Shown here one piece after another: positions 1 to 14,467 of a stretch of DNA of 64,000 nucleotides. Origin of the DNA: Nitrosopumilus sp. GTDB taxonomy: Archaea; Thermoproteota; Nitrososphaeria; Nitrososphaerales; Nitrosopumilaceae. How positions within the stretch are numbered: position 1 is the first letter of the stretch; every line of letters begins with the position of its first letter. The stretch spans positions 288,001 to 352,000 of the forward strand of contig OZ241857.1 of NCBI GenBank assembly GCA_965203315.1, read 5' to 3'. A program made the translations under genes and the position numbers. The notes beneath the pieces were generated by a model. That model saw only the letters and a list, made by a program, of their open reading frames with translations. It made no database searches and had not been told where the DNA came from.

Positions 1-250
1 ATATTCTAACCATACAGGGTTCAGTCATTGTATTGTCAAATGTGGGTTGGTTATTAAATTCATCTACAAGACACATATGGTATTATTTGTACCATCTTGA
101 TTGTATTGTACCTAAACATATGTGAAGAAGCCGATCAGAGTACATTCAGATGATAGAAGGTATGTGAGTCGATCCAAGCGATCACCTGTAAAGCGATCTA
201 AAAGAGAAAATGCAAACGAACAGATTACCCATCTAAAAAGGAAAAACAAG

Positions 251-1258
251 ATGATCTATGTTGGAATAGATGCACACAAGAGATTTCTGCAAATTGCAGC
301 AATGGATCAGGATGGCAAACGTCTACTCAATGAGCGTGTTGCTACAGATCATGGCAGTCTCAAAAAATTCTTTGCACAATTTACACCACTCAATACACGT
401 TGTGTGATGGAGTCATCGTCAGTATGGTATTGGCTGTATAGATACTTGACAGATGAATTGGGATTTGATGTAGTACTATCGAATCCATATCAAACAAAGG
501 CTATTGCCGAATCAAAGAAAAAGACAGACAAGGTGGATGCATGGACACTGGCAGATCTTTTAAGAGGAGATTATATCTCGCCTTGTTTTGTTCCTAGTGA
601 ATACACTGTTAAATTAAAACAGCTGGTTCGACATAGAGATGTAATTGTAAAGAGTAGAACAAAATACAAGAATCTCATACATGGGATATTACTGCAATAT
701 GGAATTAAAATACATGGTTCAAGTTTTAGTAAGTCATTTAGAGAGGAATTGAAGAAACTTGAGGATTATAGAATAGACAACTATCTAGATATGATAACTT
801 GCCATGAGGAAATGATTAGACAGTTGGATATTAAAATGCGGGAGGAAGTAAAGAAATCACAAGATGCACAACTGTTAAAGACAATTCCAGGAGTTGGAAA
901 CTTTGTTGCACTTGTTGTAATATCTAGTATTGGAGATGTCAAGAGATTCCCAACTGTTCGTAAGATATGTTCGTATGCAGGAATAGTACCATCTGTTCGT
1001 AATTCAGCTGGTAAACAAAATCATGGACATATAACGAGGAAAGGTGATAAAATGCTTAGATGGGCATTGACCGAAGCAGTTCATGTACACATAAAATGTG
1101 AGCCCCATAGTTACATTACAAAATTTCATAACAGAATTAAAAAGAGACGCGCGGTAAGCAAAGCAACTGTTGCAACTGCCTCCAAACTACTACGATTGAT
1201 GTACCATATGCTTATAGATAGGGATGATTATGTCACACATTGTAGTCGAAATCATTAA
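251..1258 (+). CDS. IS110 family transposase/recombinase
   Basis: N-terminal DEDD RuvC-like start (YVGIDAHK, VMES, KKTDKVDA) and C-terminal LLKTIPGVG...SYAGIVPSVRNSAGK...GHITRKG motif; ATG at 251 preferred over the upstream GTG at 122. Confidence 0.93.
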   Translation: MIYVGIDAHKRFLQIAAMDQDGKRLLNERVATDHGSLKKFFAQFTPLNTRCVMESSSVWYWLYRYLTDELGFDVVLSNPYQTKAIAESKKKTDKVDAWTLADLLRGDYISPCFVPSEYTVKLKQLVRHRDVIVKSRTKYKNLIHGILLQYGIKIHGSSFSKSFREELKKLEDYRIDNYLDMITCHEEMIRQLDIKMREEVKKSQDAQLLKTIPGVGNFVALVVISSIGDVKRFPTVRKICSYAGIVPSVRNSAGKQNHGHITRKGDKMLRWALTEAVHVHIKCEPHSYITKFHNRIKKRRAVSKATVATASKLLRLMYHMLIDRDDYVTHCSRNH

Positions 1259-1511
1259 CGTACGGAAGATATTTGAGATATCACTCGGCGACCTAAATGT
1301 ACAGATTTTGACGAATGGACGAAGAATGATAGTGAGTTAACCACTCGAATGGATATATGTTCGCAGTCCTTTACATGGGAACACATCCCTAGCGTATGCT
1401 ATGCACAATAGTCGTGAATCAGAGTAAATCTTTATAAGCTATTCACATGGATAATATCTTACCAGAATCTCAAAACCATATTTTTATAGTATGATATACT
1501 GAATTAGATAC

Positions 1512-2126
1512 ATGGCAACAGATACTGCGACCTTGGAGATCAGCGAACTAGAAAAGTACATACTTTTGCTCATATATGTAGATGATGAGCCAATATATGG
1601 TAGGCAAAAGCTTCAACTAATAATGTACATGCTAGGCAGTCCTTATCCAGAGATCAGAGAGTGGTGCAACTATACGATAAGAGACGATGGTCCATATAGT
1701 GTAGTTTTAGATGACACTTTGGAACGTCTAGTACGAATAGAACTAGTACAAGAAAAAGACAACATTGTTCAATTAACAGAACAAAGCATAGAATGCGCAG
1801 TGATCATTGGAGAAGAGAAAGGAGGATTTCCAAAGATTCAAGATCCATTTAACTTAACTATGACGTGGATATTTCATAACTATAAGCATATTATGAATGA
1901 CGTAACTCTTCCAGAAGCATTGTCTTATATGTACTGCAAGCATCCAGATATGACCAAAGGCTCTGCAACGTACAAAAAACTAAAACCAGATATCAAAGAA
2001 CACATAATTTCGATGTATGCGAAGGAAAAGATGAGTTTTGGTAGAGCCGGAGAATTGCTAGGAATACCCAAGCACGTAATAATGGACGAATTGGCCAAGA
2101 GAAAATTACTGCGGTTTGGAAATTGA
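1512..2126 (+). CDS. Putative antitoxin copy 1: N-terminal winged-helix (YwgA/Panacea-like) fused to C-terminal UPF0175 domain
   Basis: GRQKLQ...GPYS wHTH motif; C-terminal MYAKEKMSFGRAGELLG...ELAKRK typical of UPF0175; 4-nt overlap with the downstream PIN gene. Confidence 0.75.
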   Translation: MATDTATLEISELEKYILLLIYVDDEPIYGRQKLQLIMYMLGSPYPEIREWCNYTIRDDGPYSVVLDDTLERLVRIELVQEKDNIVQLTEQSIECAVIIGEEKGGFPKIQDPFNLTMTWIFHNYKHIMNDVTLPEALSYMYCKHPDMTKGSATYKKLKPDIKEHIISMYAKEKMSFGRAGELLGIPKHVIMDELAKRKLLRFGN

Positions 2127-2611
2127 AGATATTTGACTCGTCACCCCTAATTGCGATATTTAATCAATTCCAATGCCCAGAAGCATTAGATGTTGTCTTA
2201 CAGTTGGGACACGAGTTGGCAATACCTCATTTTGTTTGGAAAGAATTAAAAGACAATAGAACACGCTCAAATATTCAAAGATTGCTTAACGAGGACAAAC
2301 TCGTACGGCTAGAAAATAATTCATTTCAAGAGATCGATAATTTTCAACAAGGATACGATATAGATGCGGGAGAAATATATGTAATCTTGACCTATCTAAA
2401 ACTGGCGAGATACAAAAATAACATCTATTGCATATTAGATGATAAAGATGCACAAAAAGTAGCATCAGGATTAGAAATAAGACATACTGACTTGAAAGGG
2501 TTGTTAAAGATACTACATAGTAAAGGAGTTGAGTGTCCAAAAGAGATTGATGAAATTATAGAATTACTTGAAAGATCCGAGTTCAGTACTTCCAAATGTC
2601 TCTTTAAATAA
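2123..2611 (+). CDS. PIN-domain (DUF3368/VapC-like) putative toxin copy 1; last codons replaced by ISH3 insertion
   Basis: FDSS, GE and LDD acidic motifs; the original ending (F-R-P-I-stop) lies after the IS, with its stop at 3855-3857. Confidence 0.8.
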   Translation: MKIFDSSPLIAIFNQFQCPEALDVVLQLGHELAIPHFVWKELKDNRTRSNIQRLLNEDKLVRLENNSFQEIDNFQQGYDIDAGEIYVILTYLKLARYKNNIYCILDDKDAQKVASGLEIRHTDLKGLLKILHSKGVECPKEIDEIIELLERSEFSTSKCLFK

Positions 2612-3839
2612 CGAAAATTATATAGAAATAGAAAGATCTATAAAGGGTTTCTAAAAATAACTTTTGTTGAAAAACAAAAATGAATTAAATGGACAGCGAT
2701 TTAGAAGACATTTAGAATATTCTCGATATACTGCATTTTTAAATGATTTAGATATTCCTGTGTCTAAAAAAAATAATGCAAAGTTTGGTAAAGAAGATGT
2801 TTTATCCATTATGTTTAAAACAGCCATGTCTAAAAGTACAATAACTGGACATTCAACTTCAATGAAAATGAGGAAAAAGCGTGCTCCATCTCCAGAATAT
2901 TTTAGACTGTTATTCAAAAAGGCAGCAGCTGATTTTGACAACTTTAAATTTAAAAGGTCAGTAAAAAGCAACATCGCAGCATTACAAGATATGGGTCGTT
3001 GGTCTAAAGAGCCAAAAGATATAGCAATTGATCTGCACAAATATGCACGATATGATGACAAAACAGATACTAAACTATGTTATGGTCCGGTTGACGACAG
3101 ATATGCATTACATGAAAAGTACATGACAGCACAAGTCATAAACGAAGGCGAAACACTAGTTGTGTCAAAACATGCCATGTACAAAGGGGGACCAAAACCC
3201 CAATTTTGTGCGTAAAATCATCAAAGATTGTGAAGATCTGCGTCTGGACATTGGTAACTGGTTGATGGATCGTGAGTTTCTTACTACACAGATCTTGCAG
3301 CTGCTGCAAGGTCGAGGTTACACATTTCTCACCATCTGTCAAAATAACGCCAAGACAAGGCGATATCTAGAAGAGTACAAACAAGGAAAACGTAAACGAG
3401 TATCAAAACGTACGATCTCTAATGGCAAAGGCTTGTCAATGGACTATTACATGATCATAGAAGAAATTGAAAAGGATGGTAAAATAGACTACATTCCATT
3501 TGCAACAAACAATCCAAGAATTGATACAAAAAAATACGCAAAGCGATGGGTTATTGAAACTGGATATAGGGTAGTCGATAAGATGAGATTACCAACTACA
3601 ACTAAAAATGAATCAGTAAGAGATTTGTTGTTTTCTTTTTCTCTTTTGTTTTATAATGCTTGGATCATAGCACGTAACATAGATGATGAAAATGATCCAT
3701 TGAATGTTGGTTGGTGGCACATTCCTCAACTTACGTTCAGAGATCTTGTGCTAGATTACATTGAACTCTATCGAGAAAAATGGCCTCCGCCAAAGATTGC
3801 CGCTGCAGCTTGTTAATAAGCAGACAGTTGGAAGTACTG
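2584..3839 (+). mobile_element. ISH3-family (IS4-like) insertion sequence
   Basis: IRs CAGTACTTCCAAATGTCT / AGACAGTTGGAAGTACTG; 5-bp TSD GAGTT at 2579-2583 and 3840-3844; DDE transposase inside. Confidence 0.85.
2664..3816 (+). pseudogene. ISH3-family transposase split by a frameshift
   Basis: ORFs 2664-3215 (IAIDLH) and 3160-3816 (LMDREF, YAKRWVIETGYR) join if one G is removed from the G5 run at 3186-3190. Confidence 0.8.
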
Positions 3840-4128
3840 GAGTTCAGACCCATCTAAAAGTTTCAAATAATGTTTAGTCAGCAGCATTCACACCGTACAC
3901 TTTTCCTGAAATCAAAAATCCACAAACAGAACTTTATGTTTTCTATAGCTCTGTTCAATGAATATTTTTGCAATATGATGGTTTAGGGATGGTTTACATG
4001 AAAACACATCATATGTACAATTCGGAATCAATTTCACATTAAAATTAAAGCTTGTTGTATTGAAATGTCGTTTTTTACTACAAAATGAACAAGATTCTGA
4101 CAATCAAAAGTTAGAAATCATTAAAAAA

Positions 4129-4445
4129 TCAAAGGTTTGCAAGTATTTGTTTTTTAATTATTCGTAAGTTATGTGCGGCAACCCTAAATAACAATTCTTG
4201 AACCATGTGTTCCCACAATATCGATTTTAGACCTTCGCCAAACAGACGCTTCATTGTAGAAAATACACCTTCCGATGCAGAGCGCTCACCATAACCGTTT
4301 TTCTCCCCCATCTTGCTTGATTTTTTAATCTATCTTTTTTTGTGATCTTTGTTACATCTTTGCATTTTGAGCCAAAAGTTAACTGAATCTGAGCAGTTTT
4401 ACTTCTAACAGTTTCAAGATATGTTTTGGCAGTGTATCTTGTTGG
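4129..4445 (-). pseudogene. IS5-family transposase 3' remnant
   Basis: YGERSASEGVFSTMKRLFGEGL...ELLFRVAAHN resembles an IS5-type C-terminus; truncated at the IS481 left end. Confidence 0.6.
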
Positions 4446-4491
4446 TGTATTATACCAAAAGTATTTAAGCTCTGATTTAGGCACGAAATCT

Positions 4492-5688
4492 ATGTCAATA
4501 AGAAAGTTAGAAAAGAAGGACGTATTAAGTATCATATCCCAAAGACGTAAACGTGTAAAATTATCTGTCATCGCAGATCAATTTAATATTACTCAGCAAA
4601 GGGTATGTCAAATATATTCACATTATATCAAGACAGGTTCTCCGCCTGCACAAAAGAAGATTGGTCGACCAAATAAAGAACCTACACGAAAAGAGATTCA
4701 AACAGTGATGAAAATATACAATAAACGTCATTTTGGTGCAGTTCGTCTTACAAAAGAATTACGACGTTTGCACATACAAATCAGTTACAGAGATGTACGA
4801 AAGATAATGTACAAAAAGGGTCTAATCATTCCATCGCCTGCAAAGCAAAAACGTCGGGGCTAGATTCGTTTTGAGAGGAAATATTCTAATGCCATGTGGC
4901 ATGTAGACTGGCACGTAATAGATGACCCAAGATGGGGAACTCTATACCTGATTTGCTACCTAGATGATGCTTCTAGATGCATCACGGGTTTTGGGGTCTT
5001 TAAGCGTGCAACATCAGCCAATGCAGTCAGTGTGTTGAGAAAAGCTATCAAAAAGTTTGGCGTACCAGCACAGATACTATCTGATCGTGGAACACAATTT
5101 ACATCTGCTAAAAAACCAAAGAACGGGCGTAAAAAACTTACATTATTTGAAGCAGAATTAAGCAAACGAAAAATAAAACAAATACTTGCAAGAGCAAATC
5201 ATCCTCAGACCAATGGCAAATTGGAGAGATTCTTTGGAACATTTGAATCGGAAATTAAACATTCCAAGAGCATAAGAGTATATATCAATTACTATAACAA
5301 AGACAGACTTCATTTCTCACTAGATATTGATAATGGTGAAACGGCTCTCTTAACTTATCGGAGGCGGCTGGGATTTAGGGTGGTTCTTGGAATTACATTC
5401 GTGATAAAATCATCATAATAAAAAACTAAAAAATTACACGATTCATGCTTTAAATATCAAAAAAATTACACGATTCAAGATTGTTATTCAATAATATGTA
5501 AAATTTTTTGTGAATTGTTTATAGGATTGTCAGTACACACAAATTTTCGAGATCTCTTAAATTTCAACTGCCTCCAATAAGTTAAGAGAACCGGTGAAAC
5601 ACCTCTGAAGGCATTTAAAAATAAACGTGCCAGTGCCAAAATTAGAAAGAATCCCAACTGGGCAAACGAAAACTCTGAATTTAAATAG
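4492..5688 (+). pseudogene. IS481 transposase with an in-frame TAG (4861-4863) and a MITE insertion
   Basis: ORFs 4426-4863 and 4894-5418 share a frame; the C-terminus GETPLKAFKNKR...SEFK* resumes after the MITE at 5593. Confidence 0.85.
5343..5592. mobile_element. 250-bp MITE (family M1)
   Basis: IRs GGCTCTCTTAACTTATCGGAGG / CCTCCAATAAGTTAAGAGAACC; 8-bp TSD GGTGAAAC at 5335-5342 and 5593-5600; empty site visible in the IS481 remnant at ~44712-44725. Confidence 0.9.
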
Positions 5689-6042
5689 TTTTGGTATAAG
5701 ACACTCATCCCACGTAAACCGAAAAGATCCCTCAAAAGTGATGGTACTAACCTCATAGGTGGATTTCAAACATTCTACAATTGTACAAATTATGAATCTC
5801 TAGGCGGTAAGACCCCGCGTAAGAAGCATTGATCTTGATCGATGGTCTCAACAAATAGAAGACTGTCATTCAAAATGTGAGTCTCTACAAGAGATCGCTA
5901 TAACCAATCTCTCTTTTTGTTTTACATATTTTGTTTAATTAATAGATCTTTGCGATTTTTTATATTTTGATTCTCAGCTCCCCCGGAATCACACAGAACA
6001 CAATTCCAGAATGTTTTTATGGCGTTATGGGGATAATATATC

Positions 6043-6657
6043 ATGGCAATCGACACTACAACTCTAGAGATCAGCGAACTAGAAAAGTACATACTTTTGC
6101 TAGTATACATAGATGACGAGCCGATACACGGGAGGCAGAAACTTCAACTAGTGATGTACATGTTGGGTGATTCATATCCAAAAATAAGAGAGTGGTGTGA
6201 TTTCACAATGCAGGATGATGGTCCATACAGTACTGTCTTAGAGGATACTTTGGATCGCCTAGTACAAATGGAACTACTAGTCGAAAAAGACAATGCTATT
6301 CAATTAACCAAGCATAGTATAGAATATGCCAGAATCATTGGAGAAGAGAAAGGAGGGTTTCCAGAAATCGAAGATGCATTTAATCCAACTATGGGGTGGG
6401 TATTTTATAATTATAAAAACACTATAAATGATGTAACTATTCCCGAAGCATTATCATTTTTGTACTGCAAGTATCCAGATATGGCCAAAGGTTCTGCAAC
6501 GTACGAAAAACTCAAACCGGATATCAAAGAAAACATAATTTCAATGTATGTAAAGGAAAAGATGAGTTTTGGTAGGGCTGGAGAATTACTCGGAATGCCC
6601 AAGCACATAATAATGGACGAGTTGGCCAAGAGGGGATTACTTCGGTTTGGAAATTGA
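6043..6657 (+). CDS. Putative antitoxin copy 2 (wHTH + UPF0175)
   Basis: Full-length paralogue of 1512-2126; T-rich TATA-like box ~25 bp upstream of the ATG. Confidence 0.78.
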   Translation: MAIDTTTLEISELEKYILLLVYIDDEPIHGRQKLQLVMYMLGDSYPKIREWCDFTMQDDGPYSTVLEDTLDRLVQMELLVEKDNAIQLTKHSIEYARIIGEEKGGFPEIEDAFNPTMGWVFYNYKNTINDVTIPEALSFLYCKYPDMAKGSATYEKLKPDIKENIISMYVKEKMSFGRAGELLGMPKHIIMDELAKRGLLRFGN

Positions 6658-7127
6658 AGATATTTGACTCGTCACCATTGATTGCGATATTTAATCAGTT
6701 CCAGTACCCACAAGTGTTTGATGTTATTTTACAATTAGGTCACGAATTGACAGTACCACATGTTGTATGGAATGAATTAAAGGATAGCAGAACATGTACA
6801 AATGTACAGAGATTGAGAGACGAACATAAACTCACAAAGTCAGAAACGAATTCGTTTCAAGAGATCAAAGATTTTCGAAAAGGGTACAATATAGATGATG
6901 GTGAGATAGATGTAATATTGACATATATAAAACTAGGAGGATACAGGAATAACATCTATTGTGTATTAGATGATAAAGATGCACAACGAGTAGCATCAAG
7001 ATTAGGAATAAAATATGTCGACTTGAAAGGACTGCTAAAGATGCTAGGCAATAAAGGAGTCAAGTATCCAAAAAAGATTGATGAAATTATAGAGTTACTT
7101 GATAGATCCGAGTTCAGATCTATCTAA
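6654..7127 (+). CDS. PIN-domain putative toxin copy 2 (intact)
   Basis: FDSS/GEID/LDD motifs; overlaps the upstream stop; ends SEFRSI*. Confidence 0.8.
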   Translation: MKIFDSSPLIAIFNQFQYPQVFDVILQLGHELTVPHVVWNELKDSRTCTNVQRLRDEHKLTKSETNSFQEIKDFRKGYNIDDGEIDVILTYIKLGGYRNNIYCVLDDKDAQRVASRLGIKYVDLKGLLKMLGNKGVKYPKKIDEIIELLDRSEFRSI

Positions 7128-7148
7128 AAGTTTCAAATAATGTTTAGT

Positions 7149-7225
7149 AGATATCATGTACAATTCGTTTTAACAGGCGCAAACGGTAAGATTTTGGTTT
7201 ACCTACTCATAAATAGAATCTGACC
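7149..7225. mobile_element. Isolated end of the IS5/ISL2-type element found at 42265-43932
   Basis: AGATATCATGTACAATTCGTTTTAACAGGCGCAAACGGTAAG... closely matches the reverse complement of 43857-43932. Confidence 0.8.
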
Positions 7226-7339
7226 GGATCTCTTCGATTTACGTGGGATGGTATTTCACAAGACTTTTTCCTAATTTTCTCTTATAGAATCTTGTAGTGT
7301 TTTCTGTAATTATTCGTCCCACGCGAACCGAAAAGATCC
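7226..7339. mobile_element. ~115-bp MITE (family M2)
   Basis: IRs GGATCTCTTCGATTTACGTGG / CCACGCGAACCGAAAAGATCC; related copies at ~12808-12920 and 30423-30539, a lone end at ~5710-5730. Confidence 0.75.
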
Positions 7340-7481
7340 CAGTTGTATGTTATAAACACACACAATCTTTTGATCCAGAACAGTATGGACAATATACAAG
7401 ACTGTCTGCTCACAATCGCTGGATTTTGCGATCTTTCATACCTGAAATCTCAAGTCAGCACAACTTTGCGGAACTCACGTA

Positions 7482-7655
7482 GGTTCTGTTCAATTGACCG
7501 TGGTTGAGATCATGATGACGTTATCTCAAAGAACGTACAATATGAGATTCAAAACAGCAACAATTTACGATAGCCGGTGTGATGTGTTTCCGTATCTTGC
7601 AAAGTTTCGAGAATTTTGTGCAAAAGATGCCAACTCTAGTCAAATGAACAGAACC
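7482..7655. mobile_element. ~174-bp MITE (family M3) with IS6-like GGTTCTGTT ends
   Basis: IRs GGTTCTGTTCAATTGAC / GTCAAATGAACAGAACC; decayed flanking duplication (CTCACGTA / ACCACGTA); copies at 51275 and 55246. Confidence 0.8.
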
Positions 7656-7868
7656 ACCACGTATGGTTTATATGTATTTCAAATTGATGAACGCTACATA
7701 CGTAATGCAATAGGCGGCGCTTGTAATGAGGTGTGGTAATTATGCCATCTTGTGATTTATAGGCCTCCAGTTACGGATACAGGAATGAGGATTTGATCGA
7801 GTGATCAGTATCTGATTATGTGAAGATTATGTGCATCCGTCAATTCTTTTATACACTTACCAGATCAG

Positions 7869-9355
<1,487 letters not shown>

Positions 9356-9498
9356 TTGAAAGAAAAACTGATGGATGTACAAATCTTCACAATCATCGAT
9401 GCAATGCATCACGAGAGTGATGTATGAAGGATGTAGCAGGTTCTGGAAAGAACTTGTGATGATCATCGTGCATAGTCGTGTAATATGTGGCTGAATTT

Positions 9499-12483
<2,985 letters not shown>

Positions 12484-12807
12484 TCAGCCACTTACATAGA
12501 GACTATGCGCGATGCATTCATTACACGACACGCACGATAAATCCTCTTTCTCTTTATTTTATACAATTGTGATTCTTGCAATGAAAACTCGAATCTTTTA
12601 TTGGTTTGATGGGTCTGATATTATACTAAGACATACATGCCAAACATATCTTGTATCTAGTTGTACATGTGACTAGATGTGTACTATGATCTTGTTGATT
12701 GATAACAGTTATATTGAAACCCAAACATCTTGCAATAAACTCTGGTTTTTAATCAACTGTTGTATCTAGTCATTTTTGGTGGATCTAGTACACAATTTGT
12801 GTGGTCA

Positions 12808-12920
12808 GGATCTCTTTGATTTGCGTTGGATGGTGTCTCGCAAATCTTTTTTGTAATTTTCTTATGGACTCTTGTGCTGTTTCCGTAACCGTTCTATCTC
12901 ACGTAAACCGAAAAAGATCT
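12808..12920. mobile_element. MITE family M2 copy
   Basis: GGATCTCTTTGATTTGCGT ... CACGTAAACCGAAAAGATCT; similar to 7226-7339. Confidence 0.7.
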
Positions 12921-13024
12921 AGACTATCGCTTTTACGCTTGGTAAAAGCTGATATCGACGCAAATAATATGAAGAAAATATTTTCTTGCTTTCTATTTGT
13001 GGTATTCTAGTCTAATAGTTTCTC

Positions 13025-14080
13025 TCACAATGATTGCTTGTTGATTATGGGACTCTCTGAGATTATTGTTTTCAAACATTTGGTCATGTACTGTATATCT
13101 TCTATGGACATTATAGCTTGCTTGAATCCTTTTTTTGTATCGGTATGTTTTGACATGTCTCTGAGGAGATTATTTGCAAATAAAACATCTTGACTACACG
13201 TGTCGTTGTATATGATTTTGATTACGTTCTTTCTGAAATATATTTGACCTAGACTGAATATGTCGTTATTACGATATAGGTTGATTTTGTACCATGTTCC
13301 TCTTTGGATTATATGTAAATTTAGTTCTTTAAATGTCTCTTGTATTATGTTCCACAATTCTTTTACTAGTGGAGACTTGGTAGATATGTCGGTTTCTCTA
13401 TATCCTAACTTGCTGGGTTTGTCTAGCTTTTCAAACGCTATGATCTTTATCATTTTAATTGCGTAATCAATATCTGATACATCTTGTATCTTTTGTTCAT
13501 GTTTGCCATGTGGACTAGAAGATTTTATTACATGTGAATTTGGAGGCAAGATGTCATCTAGTTCGTGTGTGGTGTATACAATTCGAATATAGTTCTTTTG
13601 TAAGAAAAATATACATATTTGTTTATTGTTGTATCTACAAGTATAGTGGGAGTCAGTCTTTGATATTTTATATTCATGTAGATGATCCAGTATTATATTC
13701 CACATTTCATTTATGTTGTGTGATTTATACTCACTTTTTTTTAACGACTTGTACGTCTTTGGTTTTATCTCGGAGATATAATATTCTTGTATCTTTTTTA
13801 GATACTCTATACAGTCTAGTACGTCCATGTCAGACCTAATGACTTGCTCTAACTCACCAGGGTATTTTGTACTCGATACATCTCTGAGTTTATTATTTCG
13901 ATATAATGTACTGTCAGTTATCTTGATATTGTACCAAACAGTATATAGATCTTTTTTGGCGTGTATGGTACATATCTTTTTGTTTATACTTGGAATTAGA
14001 AACGTATCGTGCGTTTTATTACTTTTGTATTTGAGATTTAGTATGTTTTGTAATTTTTTATAAAAAGTATCCTTGTCCAT
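13025..14080 (-). CDS. Protein with three tandem DUF5655/YjbR-like domains
   Basis: Three ~110-aa units each ending in a (RDVS)...EQxIxxxxDIxY-like motif (LRDVSS...EQVIRSDMDV; HEQKIQDVSDIDY; LRDMSK...KQAIMSIEDIQY). Confidence 0.55.
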   Translation of the reverse strand: MDKDTFYKKLQNILNLKYKSNKTHDTFLIPSINKKICTIHAKKDLYTVWYNIKITDSTLYRNNKLRDVSSTKYPGELEQVIRSDMDVLDCIEYLKKIQEYYISEIKPKTYKSLKKSEYKSHNINEMWNIILDHLHEYKISKTDSHYTCRYNNKQICIFFLQKNYIRIVYTTHELDDILPPNSHVIKSSSPHGKHEQKIQDVSDIDYAIKMIKIIAFEKLDKPSKLGYRETDISTKSPLVKELWNIIQETFKELNLHIIQRGTWYKINLYRNNDIFSLGQIYFRKNVIKIIYNDTCSQDVLFANNLLRDMSKHTDTKKGFKQAIMSIEDIQYMTKCLKTIISESPIINKQSL

Positions 14081-14467
14081 CTAGTTCAACATATTTGCTA
14101 ACTATTCGTTTTTAAAGGTTTTTGTTATGGTCTCTCAAGTTATCGTGACATGGAAATCTAGGCATGAAAGATCGCACAATTTTTGCTTTATGAAATACCA
14201 AAAAAGATCGGCTCTTTTAACTTAACGTGGAGTAGATAGTTTTCACGCAGCATTCTCTAAAAATTTTGCAAGTTATGAAAAATGTCTAGATCAACTATTG
14301 TGGATTATTATTGTCAAGTTGCACATGGGATATTTCTTGAAATAACTGCATCTTGATCTCAACCTCTCGATAATCTAAAACCATGGTTGAAAATATAAAA
14401 ATAACACAAAAAATTCGTTCTAGGAGGATCTCACGTCAAATCCATTCTCTGCGTGGCTATAAACAAT

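Larger units (their letters stand above)
4446..5703 (+). mobile_element. IS481-family element (inactivated)
   Basis: TGT...ACA ends with 23-bp IRs (TGTATTATACCAAAAGTATTTAA versus TGTCTTATACCAAAACTATTTAA); HTH plus rve integrase core (WHVDW, ILSDRG, HPQTNGKLERFF). Confidence 0.88.

Noticed and set aside
3180-3200. Programmed frameshift in the ISH3 transposase
   Set aside because: It needs a +1 shift at a G5 run with no clear stimulatory structure; a mutation or homopolymer error is simpler.
4861-4863. Pyrrolysine/amber readthrough in the IS481 transposase
   Set aside because: No pyl genes are visible and the element is also broken by a MITE; a TGG>TAG mutation explains it.
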